From contig BEIA01000003.1 in assembly GCA_002898715.1 (NCBI GenBank), positions 1 through 48,528 of the forward strand: a stretch of DNA of 48,528 nt. The letters are read 5' to 3'. Made by a program: the position numbers and the translations under genes. The notes beneath the pieces are model-generated. The model saw only the letters and a program-made list of their open reading frames with translations. It had not been told where the DNA came from and did no database searches. Origin of the DNA: a bacterium HR24. Its GTDB lineage: Bacteria > Chloroflexota > Dehalococcoidia > SM23-28-2 > HRBIN24. Of this stretch, positions 17,443 to 27,491 are shown piece by piece. The first letter of the stretch is position 1. Each line of letters opens with the position of its first letter.

Positions 17443-18909
17443 CTAGAGGGGCGGCCTGCGATGGCGCCAACCCGCTGCCTGCTCGTAAGCGTAGGCGACG
17501 CGCAGCACAGTGGCCTCGTCGAAGGGCCGACCGATGACCTGCAGCCCCACCGGCAGCCCCTGGCTGAAGCCGCAGGGCACGCTGATGGCCGGCAGTCCAG
17601 CGATGTTCACCGGGATAGTGAAGACATCGCTCAGGTACATCTGCAAGGGGTCCTCCAGCTTTTCGCCCAGGCGGAAGGCAGGCGTGGGCGAGACGGGGGT
17701 CAGCAGCACGTCGTAGCGCTGGAAGGCGGACTCGAACTCGCGACGGATGAGGGTGCGCACCTTCTGGGCCTTCAGATAGTAGGCGTCGTAGTAGCCAGCG
17801 GAGAGGGCGTAGGTGCCCAGCATAATGCGCCGCTTCACCTCGGCCCCGAAGCCGAACTGGCGCGTCCGCTCCATGTTCTCCCACATGGAGGCCCCTTCGG
17901 TGTACGAATACCCGTACTTGACGCCGTCATAGCGGGCCAGGTTGGCCGAGGCCTCGCTGGGAGCGATGATGTAATAGCAGGCCAGGGCGTAGGGGGTAGA
18001 GGGCAAGGACGCCTCCCAGTCCACCTCGGCGCCCATCTCGGCCAGCCGCTCGATGGCGTCCGTCACCGCCTGTCGCACTCCCTCCTCCACCCCTTCGCCC
18101 ATGTACTCCCGCGGCACGCCGATGCGCAGCCCCTTCACGTCGGGCACCAGCCCGGCAGCGTAATCGGGCACCTCTACCGGCGCCGATGTGGAGTCGTTGG
18201 GGTCGTGGCCGGCGATGGCCTGGAGCACAAGGGCGGCGTCGGTCACGTCCTTGGTCATGGGGCCGATCTGGTCCAGGGAGGAGGCGAAGGCCACCAGGCC
18301 GTAACGGGAGACGCGGCCATAGGTGGGCTTCAGCCCCACGATGCCGCAGAGGGCGGCCGGCTGCCGGATGCTGCCGCCCGTGTCGCTGCCCAGGGCATAG
18401 AGGCAGGCATCGGCCGCCACCGCCGCCGCAGAGCCGGAGGACGAGCCCCCCGGCACCCGTTCCCTGTCCCATGGGTTGCGAGTGGGCCCGAAATACGAGT
18501 TCTCTCCCGAGGAGCCCATGGCGAACTCGTCCATATTAGTCTTGCCCACCATCACCAGGCCGGCCCGCTTCAGGCGCACGATTACGGTGGCGTCGTAGGG
18601 TGGGACGAAGTTCTCCAGCATCCGCGACCCGCAGGTGGTGCGCACGCCGAGGGTGCAGATGACGTCTTTGATGGCGGCGGGGATGCCCGTCAGCGGGGTC
18701 ACGTCCTCGCCCCTCGCCAGCCGCTCGTCGGCCTGGCGGGCCTGCTCCAGGGCCAGTTCGGGCGTGAGAGTGACGAACGCGTTGAGTTGGCCCTCCACCC
18801 CCTGCAGTCGGTCCAGCACCGCCGCTGTCAGCTCCCGGGACGAGACCTCGCGACGGGCCAGCAGGTGCGCGGCCTCGTGGACGGTGAGCCGGAACAGGTC
18901 GTCTCCCAT
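17443..18909 (-). CDS. gatA: Asp/Glu-tRNA amidotransferase subunit A
   Basis: [53 protein letters not shown]. Confidence 0.97.
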   Translation of the reverse strand: MGDDLFRLTVHEAAHLLARREVSSRELTAAVLDRLQGVEGQLNAFVTLTPELALEQARQADERLARGEDVTPLTGIPAAIKDVICTLGVRTTCGSRMLENFVPPYDATVIVRLKRAGLVMVGKTNMDEFAMGSSGENSYFGPTRNPWDRERVPGGSSSGSAAAVAADACLYALGSDTGGSIRQPAALCGIVGLKPTYGRVSRYGLVAFASSLDQIGPMTKDVTDAALVLQAIAGHDPNDSTSAPVEVPDYAAGLVPDVKGLRIGVPREYMGEGVEEGVRQAVTDAIERLAEMGAEVDWEASLPSTPYALACYYIIAPSEASANLARYDGVKYGYSYTEGASMWENMERTRQFGFGAEVKRRIMLGTYALSAGYYDAYYLKAQKVRTLIRREFESAFQRYDVLLTPVSPTPAFRLGEKLEDPLQMYLSDVFTIPVNIAGLPAISVPCGFSQGLPVGLQVIGRPFDEATVLRVAYAYEQAAGWRHRRPPL

Positions 18910-18912
18910 CGG

Positions 18913-19203
18913 CTACTCCTCGAAGACGGCCCGAACCTTGAAGAAGTCGCCTTCCCGTTGGGGTGCGTTGGCCAGCACCTCCTGCGAGGGCAGCGAGGCG
19001 CCGGGCTCATCGTCCCGCATGACGTTCTGGAGGGGGAGGACGTGGGAAGTAGGGGGCACCTCACTGGTATCGAGTTCCTGCAGGACCTGGAAGTAGTCCA
19101 GGATCTGCGAGAGCTGCTCCTGAAAACGGTGGACGTCTTCTTCGCTCAGGCCAACGCGGGCCAGGCGTGCTATGTGCAGGACTTCGTCGCGGTCGATGGG
19201 CAT
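18913..19203 (-). CDS. gatC: Asp/Glu-tRNA amidotransferase subunit C
   Basis: MPIDRDEVLHIARLARV..NVMRDD..LANAP..FFKV; directly upstream of gatA. Confidence 0.95.
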   Translation of the reverse strand: MPIDRDEVLHIARLARVGLSEEDVHRFQEQLSQILDYFQVLQELDTSEVPPTSHVLPLQNVMRDDEPGASLPSQEVLANAPQREGDFFKVRAVFEE

Positions 19204-19243
19204 GTCGCGGGGGGCGCGCTGGCGGCCCGGCTCTGTCGAAACT

Positions 19244-19252
19244 ATTATAGCA
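19244..19252 (-). promoter_or_regulatory. Extended -10 promoter of gatCA-MOSC-aminotransferase
   Basis: Minus-strand TG-c-TATAAT, 40 nt upstream of gatC. Confidence 0.6.
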
Positions 19253-19287
19253 AGCGAGTGCCTTGCGGCCAGTTCGTGGAGGGAGGG

Positions 19288-20022
19288 ATGCGGAAGCTGG
19301 AGACCACCGACCGCCGCGCCCTGCTGGGCCACCCGAGCCAGGTGTGGACTTCGGGCCTGGCGCGACGTCTCGCCCTCGTCCAGCGGTATATACCTCTGGA
19401 GGGGAGACGGCTGCTGGACGTGGGCTGTGGTGTGGGCATCTTCTTACGCCGTTTCCTGGAGCTGTCCCCTGCCGTGTGCGGCATCGACATCGACCCCAAG
19501 AGCCTGCGGGAGGCAGTCCAGGTCACGCCCACCGTGGCGCTGGCGGTGGCGGAGCACCTGCCCTTCCGTGATGCGGCGTTCGATGTAGTGTTCATGCACG
19601 AGGTGCTGGAGCACGTGCAGGATGACCGTGCGGCCTTGCAGGAGGCGTGTCGAGTCCTGGGGCCGGGCGGGCACCTGGTAGTGTTCTGTCCCAACCGCTT
19701 TTTCCCTTTCGAGACGCACGGCGTCTTTCTCGGGCGGCGGTACATCTTCGGCAACGCGCCTCTGGTCAACTACCTGCCTGACCCTCTGCGGCGGCGGCTC
19801 GTGCCCCACGCTCGCGCCTACACGGCGGCAGGGCTGCGCCGCCTGTGGCGGGGGTTGCCCGTGCGAGTGTTGGTGCACACGCAGGTCTTTCCCGGGTTCG
19901 ATAAGGCAGCCTGGCGCTGGGGGCCTGCCGGCCGGGCCCTCAGGGAGCTGCAGAGGCTGGAAGGGACTCCTCTCCGAATCCTGGGGCTGTCGCATTTCGT
20001 TATCTTATCGAGGGAGTCTTGA
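19288..20022 (+). CDS. Class I SAM-dependent methyltransferase
   Basis: LLDVGCGVG, LPFRDAAFDVV, EVLEHV, LGPGG. ATG 19288 follows GGAGGGAGGG. This is the real part of the listed 916-aa ORF. Confidence 0.9.
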   Translation: MRKLETTDRRALLGHPSQVWTSGLARRLALVQRYIPLEGRRLLDVGCGVGIFLRRFLELSPAVCGIDIDPKSLREAVQVTPTVALAVAEHLPFRDAAFDVVFMHEVLEHVQDDRAALQEACRVLGPGGHLVVFCPNRFFPFETHGVFLGRRYIFGNAPLVNYLPDPLRRRLVPHARAYTAAGLRRLWRGLPVRVLVHTQVFPGFDKAAWRWGPAGRALRELQRLEGTPLRILGLSHFVILSRES

Positions 20023-22454
20023 ACGGGGCCATCAGGACGAGGCGGTCGCGGCTGCGGAGGGCCGAGGCCCACCGGGAGGGTGCGGGGAGGGCCCGCCTGG
20101 GGGTGGCGGTGCTGGTGGCCCTGGCGTCCCTCGCCGTCCTCGCCCTGGGTGGCATCGGGGCTGCCTACGCCGTCTACCAGCACTTCGCCGACGAGTTCAT
20201 CCCCCCCAACGAGGTCATCGAGCAGACTTCCTGGCAGAGCTCCACCTTCTACGACCGCAACGGCAATTTTCTGTACCGGGCGGTGGACCCGGTAGGCGGG
20301 CTTTACGACCCGGTGCCGCTGTCGGAGATTTCGCCATACCTCATCGCTGCCACCATCGCCACCGAGGACGCCAGCTTCTACGAGAACCCGGGCGTCAACT
20401 TTCGCGGTCTGGCCCGCGCCTTCCTCGAGAACTTCACGCCCTTCGGTCCGGGGTTCCTGGAGGGGAGCGGCGGCAGCTCCATCACCCAGCAGCTAGTGCG
20501 CAACCTGTACGGCCGCATCGAGGAGGGCTGGTTCGAGCGCACCATAGAGCGAAAGGCGAAGGAGGTGGTGCTGGCGCTGGAGATGAGGCGCCAGTACTCC
20601 AGCGACCAGGTCCTGGAGTGGTACCTGAACCAGGTCTTTTACGGCAACAACTCATACGGGGTGGAGGCGGCAGCGCGGAACTATTTCGGCAAGTCGGCCA
20701 AGGACCTGACCCTGGGCGAGGCGGCCCTCCTGGCAGGCATTCCCAAGGCGCCGGCCCTGTACGACCCCACGCGTCCCGACCGGCCGGAGAACAAGGAGCG
20801 GGCCGAGCAGCGGCGGCAGGAGGTGCTGGACCTGTTGCTGCGCCACCTGGACACCGTGAACCGCATCCCGCCCCTGGCCGAACGGGGCACCGTCATCACC
20901 CCCCAGCAGATCGAGGCAGCGCGACAGGAGAAGATAGAGCCCCGCCAGGCGTCATTCCCCAAGCAGGCGGGGCACTTCGTGGACTTCGTAGAGGGCCAGG
21001 TCGTGCGCATGTGCGAGCGGGGCCTGTTCAAGGCCCCGGGCGGCGTGGACTGCGAGGAGGTGGTGACCAAAGGCGGCCTCAAGATCACTACCACCCTCGA
21101 CCTGGGGCTGCAGCACATCGGCGAGCAGACAGTCAATGACATACTGGCCCGCATCGGCAGCCGCTACAACGCCCACAACGGGGCCATCGTGGCCATCCGC
21201 CCCCAGTCGGGCGAGATCCTGGCCATGGTGGGCTCCCGCGATTACTTCGACACCAGCCCCCAGGTCCAGGGCAACGTGAACATGGCCGTGAGCTGCCGCT
21301 CCCACGGCTCGACGATGAAGGTGTTCACGTACATCACCGCCTTCGAGCGCGGTTGGGTGCCCTCGACCATCGTCGAGGACGAGCCGTACGAGTACCGCGG
21401 GCCGGGTGGCCAGGTTCAGCGGATACGCAACTGGAACGGCGACGTGTATCTCGGGCGGATCACCGTCCGCAAGGCGCTGTCCGAATCGGTGAACACGCCC
21501 GCCGTCCGCACCCTGGAGGCCATGGGGGAGGCCAATGTGGTGCGCACCGCCGCCCGCATGGGCCTCACCTTCACCAATCCGGTCGGGTCGGCCTCCTGCA
21601 ACGTACCGGTCACGGAGCGGTCTTGCGGCATCACCTGGACGCTGGGGACCTGCGAGGTGAAGCTGCTGGACATGACGTACGCCTACTCGAGCCTAGCGAC
21701 CAACGGCGCCATGGCCGGAATGCCCACGCTGGAAGACCTGCCCAGCGGGTACCGCAAGCTGGACCCGTCCGGGGTGCTCAAGATCGAGGACTCGCAAGGG
21801 CGGGTGCTGTACGAGTACAGGCCGCAGGTGGACCAGGTGGTGAGGCCTGCCTTCGCCTACATGATCACCGACATACTCTCCAAGGAGGCCATCAACTGGT
21901 CCAGGCTGACCATCGGCCGGCCGGCGGCCTCCAAGACGGGCACCGAGAACGACTTCCGCGACAACGTGGTGGTGGGCTATACACCCGAACTGGCCGTGGG
22001 CGTGTGGATGGGCAACAGCGATGGGACGCCCATGGCCCAGGGCGCTTTCAGCTCATCCGGCGCAGGGCCTATGTGGCAGCAATTCATGCGGGAGGCCCTG
22101 GCCCACCTGCAGTACCCGCCCACGCCCTTCCGCCCGCCCGACGACGTGGTGCTGGCCGAGTGCGACGGCAGGCAGGAGGTCTTCGCCCGGGGAGTGCCGG
22201 TGACGCGTCCGGGCGCCTGCAAGTCCCCCACGGGCGGCGCCGAGCCAGCCGTCACCCCCACGCCTACTCCGACGCCGAGCCCTACCCCTACGCCTACCCC
22301 TACGCCGTCGCCGACGCCGACGCTCACCCCAACGCAGCAGCCTGCCCGCACGCCTACGGCCACTGCCACGCCTACGCCGGACGAAGACGAGGGGACGGGG
22401 AACAATGACAACGGCAACGGACGCGGAGGCCGTGGCTCCAACGCCCGCAGGTGA
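20019..22454 (+). CDS. Class A penicillin-binding protein (transglycosylase/transpeptidase)
   Basis: TM anchor; TEDASF, GGSSITQQL, RKAKE; SxxK (STMK), SxN (SVN), KTGT. Confidence 0.92.
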   Translation: MNGAIRTRRSRLRRAEAHREGAGRARLGVAVLVALASLAVLALGGIGAAYAVYQHFADEFIPPNEVIEQTSWQSSTFYDRNGNFLYRAVDPVGGLYDPVPLSEISPYLIAATIATEDASFYENPGVNFRGLARAFLENFTPFGPGFLEGSGGSSITQQLVRNLYGRIEEGWFERTIERKAKEVVLALEMRRQYSSDQVLEWYLNQVFYGNNSYGVEAAARNYFGKSAKDLTLGEAALLAGIPKAPALYDPTRPDRPENKERAEQRRQEVLDLLLRHLDTVNRIPPLAERGTVITPQQIEAARQEKIEPRQASFPKQAGHFVDFVEGQVVRMCERGLFKAPGGVDCEEVVTKGGLKITTTLDLGLQHIGEQTVNDILARIGSRYNAHNGAIVAIRPQSGEILAMVGSRDYFDTSPQVQGNVNMAVSCRSHGSTMKVFTYITAFERGWVPSTIVEDEPYEYRGPGGQVQRIRNWNGDVYLGRITVRKALSESVNTPAVRTLEAMGEANVVRTAARMGLTFTNPVGSASCNVPVTERSCGITWTLGTCEVKLLDMTYAYSSLATNGAMAGMPTLEDLPSGYRKLDPSGVLKIEDSQGRVLYEYRPQVDQVVRPAFAYMITDILSKEAINWSRLTIGRPAASKTGTENDFRDNVVVGYTPELAVGVWMGNSDGTPMAQGAFSSSGAGPMWQQFMREALAHLQYPPTPFRPPDDVVLAECDGRQEVFARGVPVTRPGACKSPTGGAEPAVTPTPTPTPSPTPTPTPTPSPTPTLTPTQQPARTPTATATPTPDEDEGTGNNDNGNGRGGRGSNARR
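22254..22380 (+). repeat. Pro-Thr low-complexity coding repeat in the PBP tail
   Basis: Degenerate 6-nt units encoding TPTPTPTPSPTPTPTPTPSPTP... Confidence 0.85.
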
Positions 22455-22512
22455 CCTAAAGAAAGCCTCGCGCTAGTCTGAATGGAAAGGGGCGGAGCGC
22501 CCCCGCGCCGGC

Positions 22513-24711
22513 ATGGACGAGTCCAGGCCCCGTCGGTCATCCTTTGTGCGCGTGAAGCGGCCCCGGGACAGGGACGAGGCCGCGCCTGAACCCCCTCAGG
22601 TTACGGAAGCCAGGCCCGCGGCGCCGCCCGACGCCCATACGCGCGTGGTGATCCCCCGCCAGGAGAGGGGGAGGGCAACCGTCTCTCCCGATGCCGACAT
22701 CGAGGTACGGGAGGTGCGCTACGGGGCGACTTCGCGCACGCCCTACCTGCGCATCGTCCCCAAACAGCAGCGGCTGACCAAGGTCGCGCCCGGCTACCTG
22801 GAGGCCACGCCTCTGGGCAGCCGGCCCATCGATGCGGTGGGGCGGTACCTGGCCGACCTGCGTCGCCTTCTCATAGGCAGCCCCTTCGCCACTTCTCAGG
22901 CCATCCACGAGCGGCTCAGCAAGGTGAAGGCGCTGGCGGTGTTCTCGTCTGACGCTCTGTCCAGCTCGGCCTACGCCACCGAGGAGATACTGATCGTGCT
23001 GGCCCTGGCTGGTTCGGGGGCGCTCAAGTGGTCGCTGCCCATCGCCGCGGTCATCGTGGCCCTGCTGGCTATCGTGGCGCTTTCGTATCACCAGACCATC
23101 CGCGCCTATCCCAGCGGCGGCGGGGCATATATCGTTGCTCACGATAATCTGGGACAGCTGCCGGGACTGGTGGCGGCGGCGGCCCTGCTGGTGGACTACA
23201 CCCTGACGGTGGCGGTGAGCGTGGCGGCGGGGGTGGCCGCCATCACCTCGGCGGCGCCGGCGCTCTTCGACCTGAAGGTGCCCCTGGCGGTGGCGGTGGT
23301 GGCTGTCTTCACCTGGGGCAACCTGCGGGGCATCCGCGAGTCCGGCACCATCTTTTCGGCCCCCACCTATTTCTTCATCGCGTCCATGGGCCTGGTCATA
23401 CTGGTGGGGGTGGCGAAGGTGGTCCTGGGCTACGCCCCGGGCAGCCTGTTTCACGCTGCGCCGCCGCAGCACCCCATCGAGCCGGTAGAGGCCCTGAGCA
23501 TACTGCTCATCCTGCGTGCCTTTTCCTCGGGCAGCGCCGCCCTCACCGGTGTGGAAGCGATTTCCAACGGTGTGCCGGCCTTCAAGCCGCCCGAGAGCTA
23601 CAACGCCCGTGTCACCCTGACCTGGATGGCCTGCATCCTGGCCTTCCTGTTCCTGGGCATCACCTTCCTGGCCAGCCGCTACGGGCTGGTGCCGGAGGAG
23701 CGGGAGACCATCGTCTCCCAGCTGGGGCGGGAGGTGCTGGGCGAGAGCCCCCTCTACTACGTGTACCAGGCGGCCACGGCCATGGTCCTGTTCCTGGCGG
23801 CCAACACGGCCTTCGCGGACTTCCCGCGCCTGTCGGCCATCCTGGCAGGCGATGGCTACATGCCGCGGCAGTTCACCTTCAAAGGCGACCGGCTGGCCTT
23901 CACCAACGGCATCCTGGCGCTGGCTGTGGGTGCGTGCGTGCTTCTGGCCGTCTTCAACGCCAGCGTCACGCGTCTGATCCCGCTGTATGCCGTGGGCGTG
24001 TTCGTGTCCTTCACCCTGTCCCAGTCGGGGATGGTGCGTCGCTGGTGGCGGCTGCGGGAGCCGGGCTGGCGGACGAGTATGCTGTTCAACGGTGTGGGCG
24101 CCGCGGCCACGGCTGTGGTGGCCATGATCTTCCTCCTCACCAAGTTCACCCACGGCGCCTGGATCTCCACCCTGCTTATGGGCCTGCTGGTGGTGCTGTT
24201 CCTCCTTGTGCACCGTCACTACCGGCGCTTTCAGGAGCTGGTGCAGGTCAGCGAAGAGGACGTGGCGCGGCTCCCGCCTCCGGCCAGCATGCCACTGGCG
24301 CCCGGTGCCCACCGGCCGCTCATTGTCATCCCGGTGGACGACCTGAACCGCATCACCCTGAGCGCTGTGCAGGTGGCGCGGGAATGGGGCGGGCGCATTA
24401 CCGCCGTGCACGTGAGCGACGAGCGCGAGAAGGCCGAGGAGTTCCGGCAGCGCTGGGAGCGACTGCTGCCCGATGCCCCCTTGCTGGTGGTGGAATCTCC
24501 CTATCGGGCCTTCCTCGCCCCCATGCTCGCCTGCATCGATTACCTCTCCCGTTCCGCCGATGGGCACGTGCTGGTGCTCCTGCCCAGCCTGCGCACCCGC
24601 CACTGGTGGGAGCGGCTGCTGCACAACCAGACCGTCCTCGGCCTGAAGCGCTACCTGAAGGACAGGGACGGCGTGCGCGTCCTGGAGGTGCCCGTGGAGC
24701 TGGAGCGCTAG
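22513..24711 (+). CDS. APC-superfamily permease, KimA/YdaO-like (probable K+/H+ symporter)
   Basis: SSDALSSSAY, AYPSGGGAY, VDY, TGVEAISNG, LIPLYAVGVF, and a cytosolic SPYR..WWERLLHNQ domain. Confidence 0.85.
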   Translation: MDESRPRRSSFVRVKRPRDRDEAAPEPPQVTEARPAAPPDAHTRVVIPRQERGRATVSPDADIEVREVRYGATSRTPYLRIVPKQQRLTKVAPGYLEATPLGSRPIDAVGRYLADLRRLLIGSPFATSQAIHERLSKVKALAVFSSDALSSSAYATEEILIVLALAGSGALKWSLPIAAVIVALLAIVALSYHQTIRAYPSGGGAYIVAHDNLGQLPGLVAAAALLVDYTLTVAVSVAAGVAAITSAAPALFDLKVPLAVAVVAVFTWGNLRGIRESGTIFSAPTYFFIASMGLVILVGVAKVVLGYAPGSLFHAAPPQHPIEPVEALSILLILRAFSSGSAALTGVEAISNGVPAFKPPESYNARVTLTWMACILAFLFLGITFLASRYGLVPEERETIVSQLGREVLGESPLYYVYQAATAMVLFLAANTAFADFPRLSAILAGDGYMPRQFTFKGDRLAFTNGILALAVGACVLLAVFNASVTRLIPLYAVGVFVSFTLSQSGMVRRWWRLREPGWRTSMLFNGVGAAATAVVAMIFLLTKFTHGAWISTLLMGLLVVLFLLVHRHYRRFQELVQVSEEDVARLPPPASMPLAPGAHRPLIVIPVDDLNRITLSAVQVAREWGGRITAVHVSDEREKAEEFRQRWERLLPDAPLLVVESPYRAFLAPMLACIDYLSRSADGHVLVLLPSLRTRHWWERLLHNQTVLGLKRYLKDRDGVRVLEVPVELER

Positions 24712-25925
24712 GGCCGGGTAGGCGATGCGGCCGAGAGCTGGGCCACCAGCGCGTCCAGCTCGGCCTCACTGGTAATAGCGCGCACCGTCTCCAGGAAGCG
24801 TCGCAGGCTGCCGGCCTGCAGCCTCAGTAGCTCCAGCTTGGGCCCCACAACGCTGGTCGAGGCCGGATTGTCGGCATAGAGGCCGAAGAAGGCGAAGTAG
24901 GCCTGGTTCAGTCGGCGAATGTAGTATCCCTGGGCGGCAAGCTCTTGCCGCTTGGACTCCATCAGCCCCTCTGCGTCGGCCACGCGGCCCGCCGCCAGCA
25001 GCGACTCGACCTCGAAGTGCAGGGCCCTCAGCTCTCTCACCAGAGCCGCGGGTGGCTCGCTGGGGCCTGGCACGGCGCTGTCCACCGGATAGCGCCGGAA
25101 GTACTCCTTGGTCAGCTCCTCAGCCACCAGGTCCGCCACCGATTCGTTGAGGGTGCGGGTCTCGGTGCTGCGGAAGTAATTGCGGCCCAGCGGGTAAAGC
25201 GCCAGGTAATGGTGCACCCACTCGTGGATGGCCGTCTCGACGAGGAAGGTGTAGCTGTCGCTGACGGGGACCATGCTGGGGTACGCGCCCAGCCCGCCCA
25301 CGTCTATCACCAGAGACGAAACGCCGGTGGCGTCCACCGCCGACTCCAGGGCATCCCGCTGAGCGGCCGTGAGGCGCGGGCTGATAAGAAAGGCGGAGTC
25401 CAGGTGGATACGCTGGCGCGGCGAGATGGCCAGGACCTTGGGCGTGGACCCCAGCTCCACCGCCACCGGTGGAAATACGAGGCCGAGGCGCCCGAACAGC
25501 GGCGGGCGGGCCGTCAGCCCCGCCTCCTCGAGCAGCGCTGTTATGCGCCCTTCCAGCAGCAGCTCGACGCTGTTTTCGGTGGCGGACAGCTCGTTCGCGA
25601 GCGCCTGGCGCTCCCTAGGGTCTGCCTGGTCGGGCTGCCGGGCGAGCTGACGGAGCCGTGCGGCAGCCTGGAGGAACCGCTCCAGGTCGCGCTGGCGGTC
25701 CTGGTCGCTCTGCCGCCTGAGCAGCGCGCCCAGCTTCACGGCCAGCTTCTGGGGCACATAGCGCAGCTCCCAGGACAGGGCGCTGTAGCTGTAGCGACCT
25801 GCCAGCCTCTCTACCGCCGTGCGGGGGCCGAGGGCCGCGTACAGGCGGGCGCCGAGCAGCATGCAGCCGCCCACGAGGGCGGCCAGCAGCACCAGATAGG
25901 CTGCTGCCCAGGTCCACCGCGCCAC
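24708..25925 (-). CDS. Membrane-anchored hypothetical protein, putative gluzincin metallopeptidase
   Basis: N-terminal TM; HEWVH (HEXXH) followed by LNESVA; CAGGAG RBS. Confidence 0.6.
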   Translation of the reverse strand: MARWTWAAAYLVLLAALVGGCMLLGARLYAALGPRTAVERLAGRYSYSALSWELRYVPQKLAVKLGALLRRQSDQDRQRDLERFLQAAARLRQLARQPDQADPRERQALANELSATENSVELLLEGRITALLEEAGLTARPPLFGRLGLVFPPVAVELGSTPKVLAISPRQRIHLDSAFLISPRLTAAQRDALESAVDATGVSSLVIDVGGLGAYPSMVPVSDSYTFLVETAIHEWVHHYLALYPLGRNYFRSTETRTLNESVADLVAEELTKEYFRRYPVDSAVPGPSEPPAALVRELRALHFEVESLLAAGRVADAEGLMESKRQELAAQGYYIRRLNQAYFAFFGLYADNPASTSVVGPKLELLRLQAGSLRRFLETVRAITSEAELDALVAQLSAASPTRP

Positions 25926-25957
25926 GGCGTCGACTCCTGTTCGCTGCTGAAGGCCGG

Positions 25958-25966
25958 TGCCATAAT
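25958..25966 (+). promoter_or_regulatory. Extended -10 promoter of npdG-cofE
   Basis: TG-c-CATAAT about 45 nt upstream of the npdG start. Confidence 0.45.
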
Positions 25967-26009
25967 AACAGCTAGACCACCGAGCCAGGAGGCGGGAGGA
26001 GAACGAGGA

Positions 26010-26660
26010 ATGACACGCATCGCGTTCATCGGCGGCACGGGGCCCGAGGGTCTGGGCCTGGCCATGCGCTTCGCAAAGGCGGGGGAAGAAGTGTTCATAG
26101 GCTCACGGTCCGAGCAGCGCGCGGCCGAAGCGGTGGCTAAGGTCCTGGAGAAGGTGCCCAGCGCACGCGTCTCCGGCGGGCTCAACGCCGAGGCCTGCCG
26201 TGCCGGCGAGATCGTGTTTGTCACGGTACCGTACGAGGCCCACAAGGACACGCTGGCCTCACTGGCCGAGCTCATCGACGACAAGATACTGGTGGATGTG
26301 GCGGTTCCCCTGCAGTTCGGCGGGCACGGCGTGCGGGCCCTCGATGTGCCCGAGGGCTCGGCGGCGGAGCAGGCCCGGGCGCTGGTGCCCAACGCCAAAG
26401 TGGTCAGCGGCTTCCATCACCTGGATGCGACCCTGCTCCAGAACGTGGAGAAGCCCATGCAGGGCGACGTCATCGTCTGTTCCGACCACCGGGCCGCCAA
26501 GCGCACGGTGATGGAGCTGGCCGAGAAGATAGAATACCTGCGGGCCGTGGACGGCGGCGTCCTGGCCAACTCTCGTTACGTGGAGGAGTGGACGGCCCTG
26601 CTTTTGAACATCAACCGCATCTACAAGGCGCGCACGGGAGTGCGCATCGTTGGCATATAG
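26010..26660 (+). CDS. npdG: NADPH-dependent F420 reductase (Fno)
   Basis: IAFIGGTGPEGLGLA, IGSR, TVPY, GSAAEQ, VVSGFH, LLNINRIYK..GVRIVG. Confidence 0.9.
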   Translation: MTRIAFIGGTGPEGLGLAMRFAKAGEEVFIGSRSEQRAAEAVAKVLEKVPSARVSGGLNAEACRAGEIVFVTVPYEAHKDTLASLAELIDDKILVDVAVPLQFGGHGVRALDVPEGSAAEQARALVPNAKVVSGFHHLDATLLQNVEKPMQGDVIVCSDHRAAKRTVMELAEKIEYLRAVDGGVLANSRYVEEWTALLLNINRIYKARTGVRIVGI

Positions 26661-26712
26661 GAGCGGCCATGCGCAGGCGATCGGGCGGCAGAGCGATCCG
26701 GGGTGGGCAGTG

Positions 26713-27489
26713 ATGGCGGCTCTCGGCGACCGGGCAGCGCGCGAGGTGCGCATCATACCTATCGACGGCATCGGTGAGGTGCGGCGGGGCGACGATGTGG
26801 CGGAACTGGTGGTGGCGGCGGCGCGGGCCCAGGGCACGCCCATCGAGACGGGCGACGTGGTAGTAGTCACGCAGAAGATCGTCTCCAAGGCGGAGGGGCG
26901 GTTGGTGGCCCTGGCCGATGTAATGCCCTCTCCCCGGGCGCTGGAGCTGGCGGCGGCGCTGGACAAGGACCCCCGCCTGGTGGAGGTGGTGCTGCGGGAA
27001 AGCCGCCGCATCGTGCGCGCGGAGCGGGGTGTGCTCATCACCGAGACCCGGCATGGCTTCGTCTGCGCCAACGCCGGGGTAGACTCGTCCAATGTGGCGG
27101 GAGAGGGCTACGTCGCTCTGCTGCCCGAAGACCCGGACGCCTCTGCCGAGGCCATCCGCCGGGGAATCCGCCGCCTGAGCGGGGCGGAGGTAGCCGTCGT
27201 CATCAGCGACACCTTCGGCCGGCCGTGGCGGGAGGGGCATGTGAACGTGGCCGTGGGAGTGGCGGGCATGTCGCCCTTCATCGACTACGTCGGGCAGACG
27301 GACCCCTACGGCTACGTGCTGCGCGTCACCACCATGGCCGTGGCCGATGAGTTGGCAGCAGCCGCGGAGCTGGTGATGGGCAAGCTGGACAGGGTGCCCG
27401 TCGCTATCGTGCGCGGCTACCCCTACCAGCCAGGCGAAGGCCGCGCCGCCGACATGGTGCGCCCGCCCGAGCGGGACCTCTTCCGCTAG
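26713..27489 (+). CDS. cofE: Coenzyme F420-0:L-glutamate ligase
   Basis: VTQKIVSKAEGR, ANAGVDSSN, LLPEDPDASA, SDTFGRPWREG, ADELAAAA, DLFR. Confidence 0.95.
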   Translation: MAALGDRAAREVRIIPIDGIGEVRRGDDVAELVVAAARAQGTPIETGDVVVVTQKIVSKAEGRLVALADVMPSPRALELAAALDKDPRLVEVVLRESRRIVRAERGVLITETRHGFVCANAGVDSSNVAGEGYVALLPEDPDASAEAIRRGIRRLSGAEVAVVISDTFGRPWREGHVNVAVGVAGMSPFIDYVGQTDPYGYVLRVTTMAVADELAAAAELVMGKLDRVPVAIVRGYPYQPGEGRAADMVRPPERDLFR

Positions 27490-27491
27490 AC

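Noticed and set aside
17443-19203. gatCA without gatB (and amrS without its partner genes)
   Set aside because: Split arrangements are common, and the partners may lie outside the window.
17272-20022. 916-aa ORF ending in a methyltransferase domain
   Set aside because: The first 672 codons are the antisense shadow of gatA/gatC. The real gene starts at 19288 after a strong RBS.
22537-24624. Long antisense ORFs (also 11345..12868, 12896..14524, 32471..34030, 45950..47623)
   Set aside because: These are expected stop-poor shadows of high-GC genes and carry no recognisable motifs.
24945-26660. 571-aa ORF ending in npdG
   Set aside because: The upstream part is antisense to the HEXXH gene. The real start is 26010 with an RBS.
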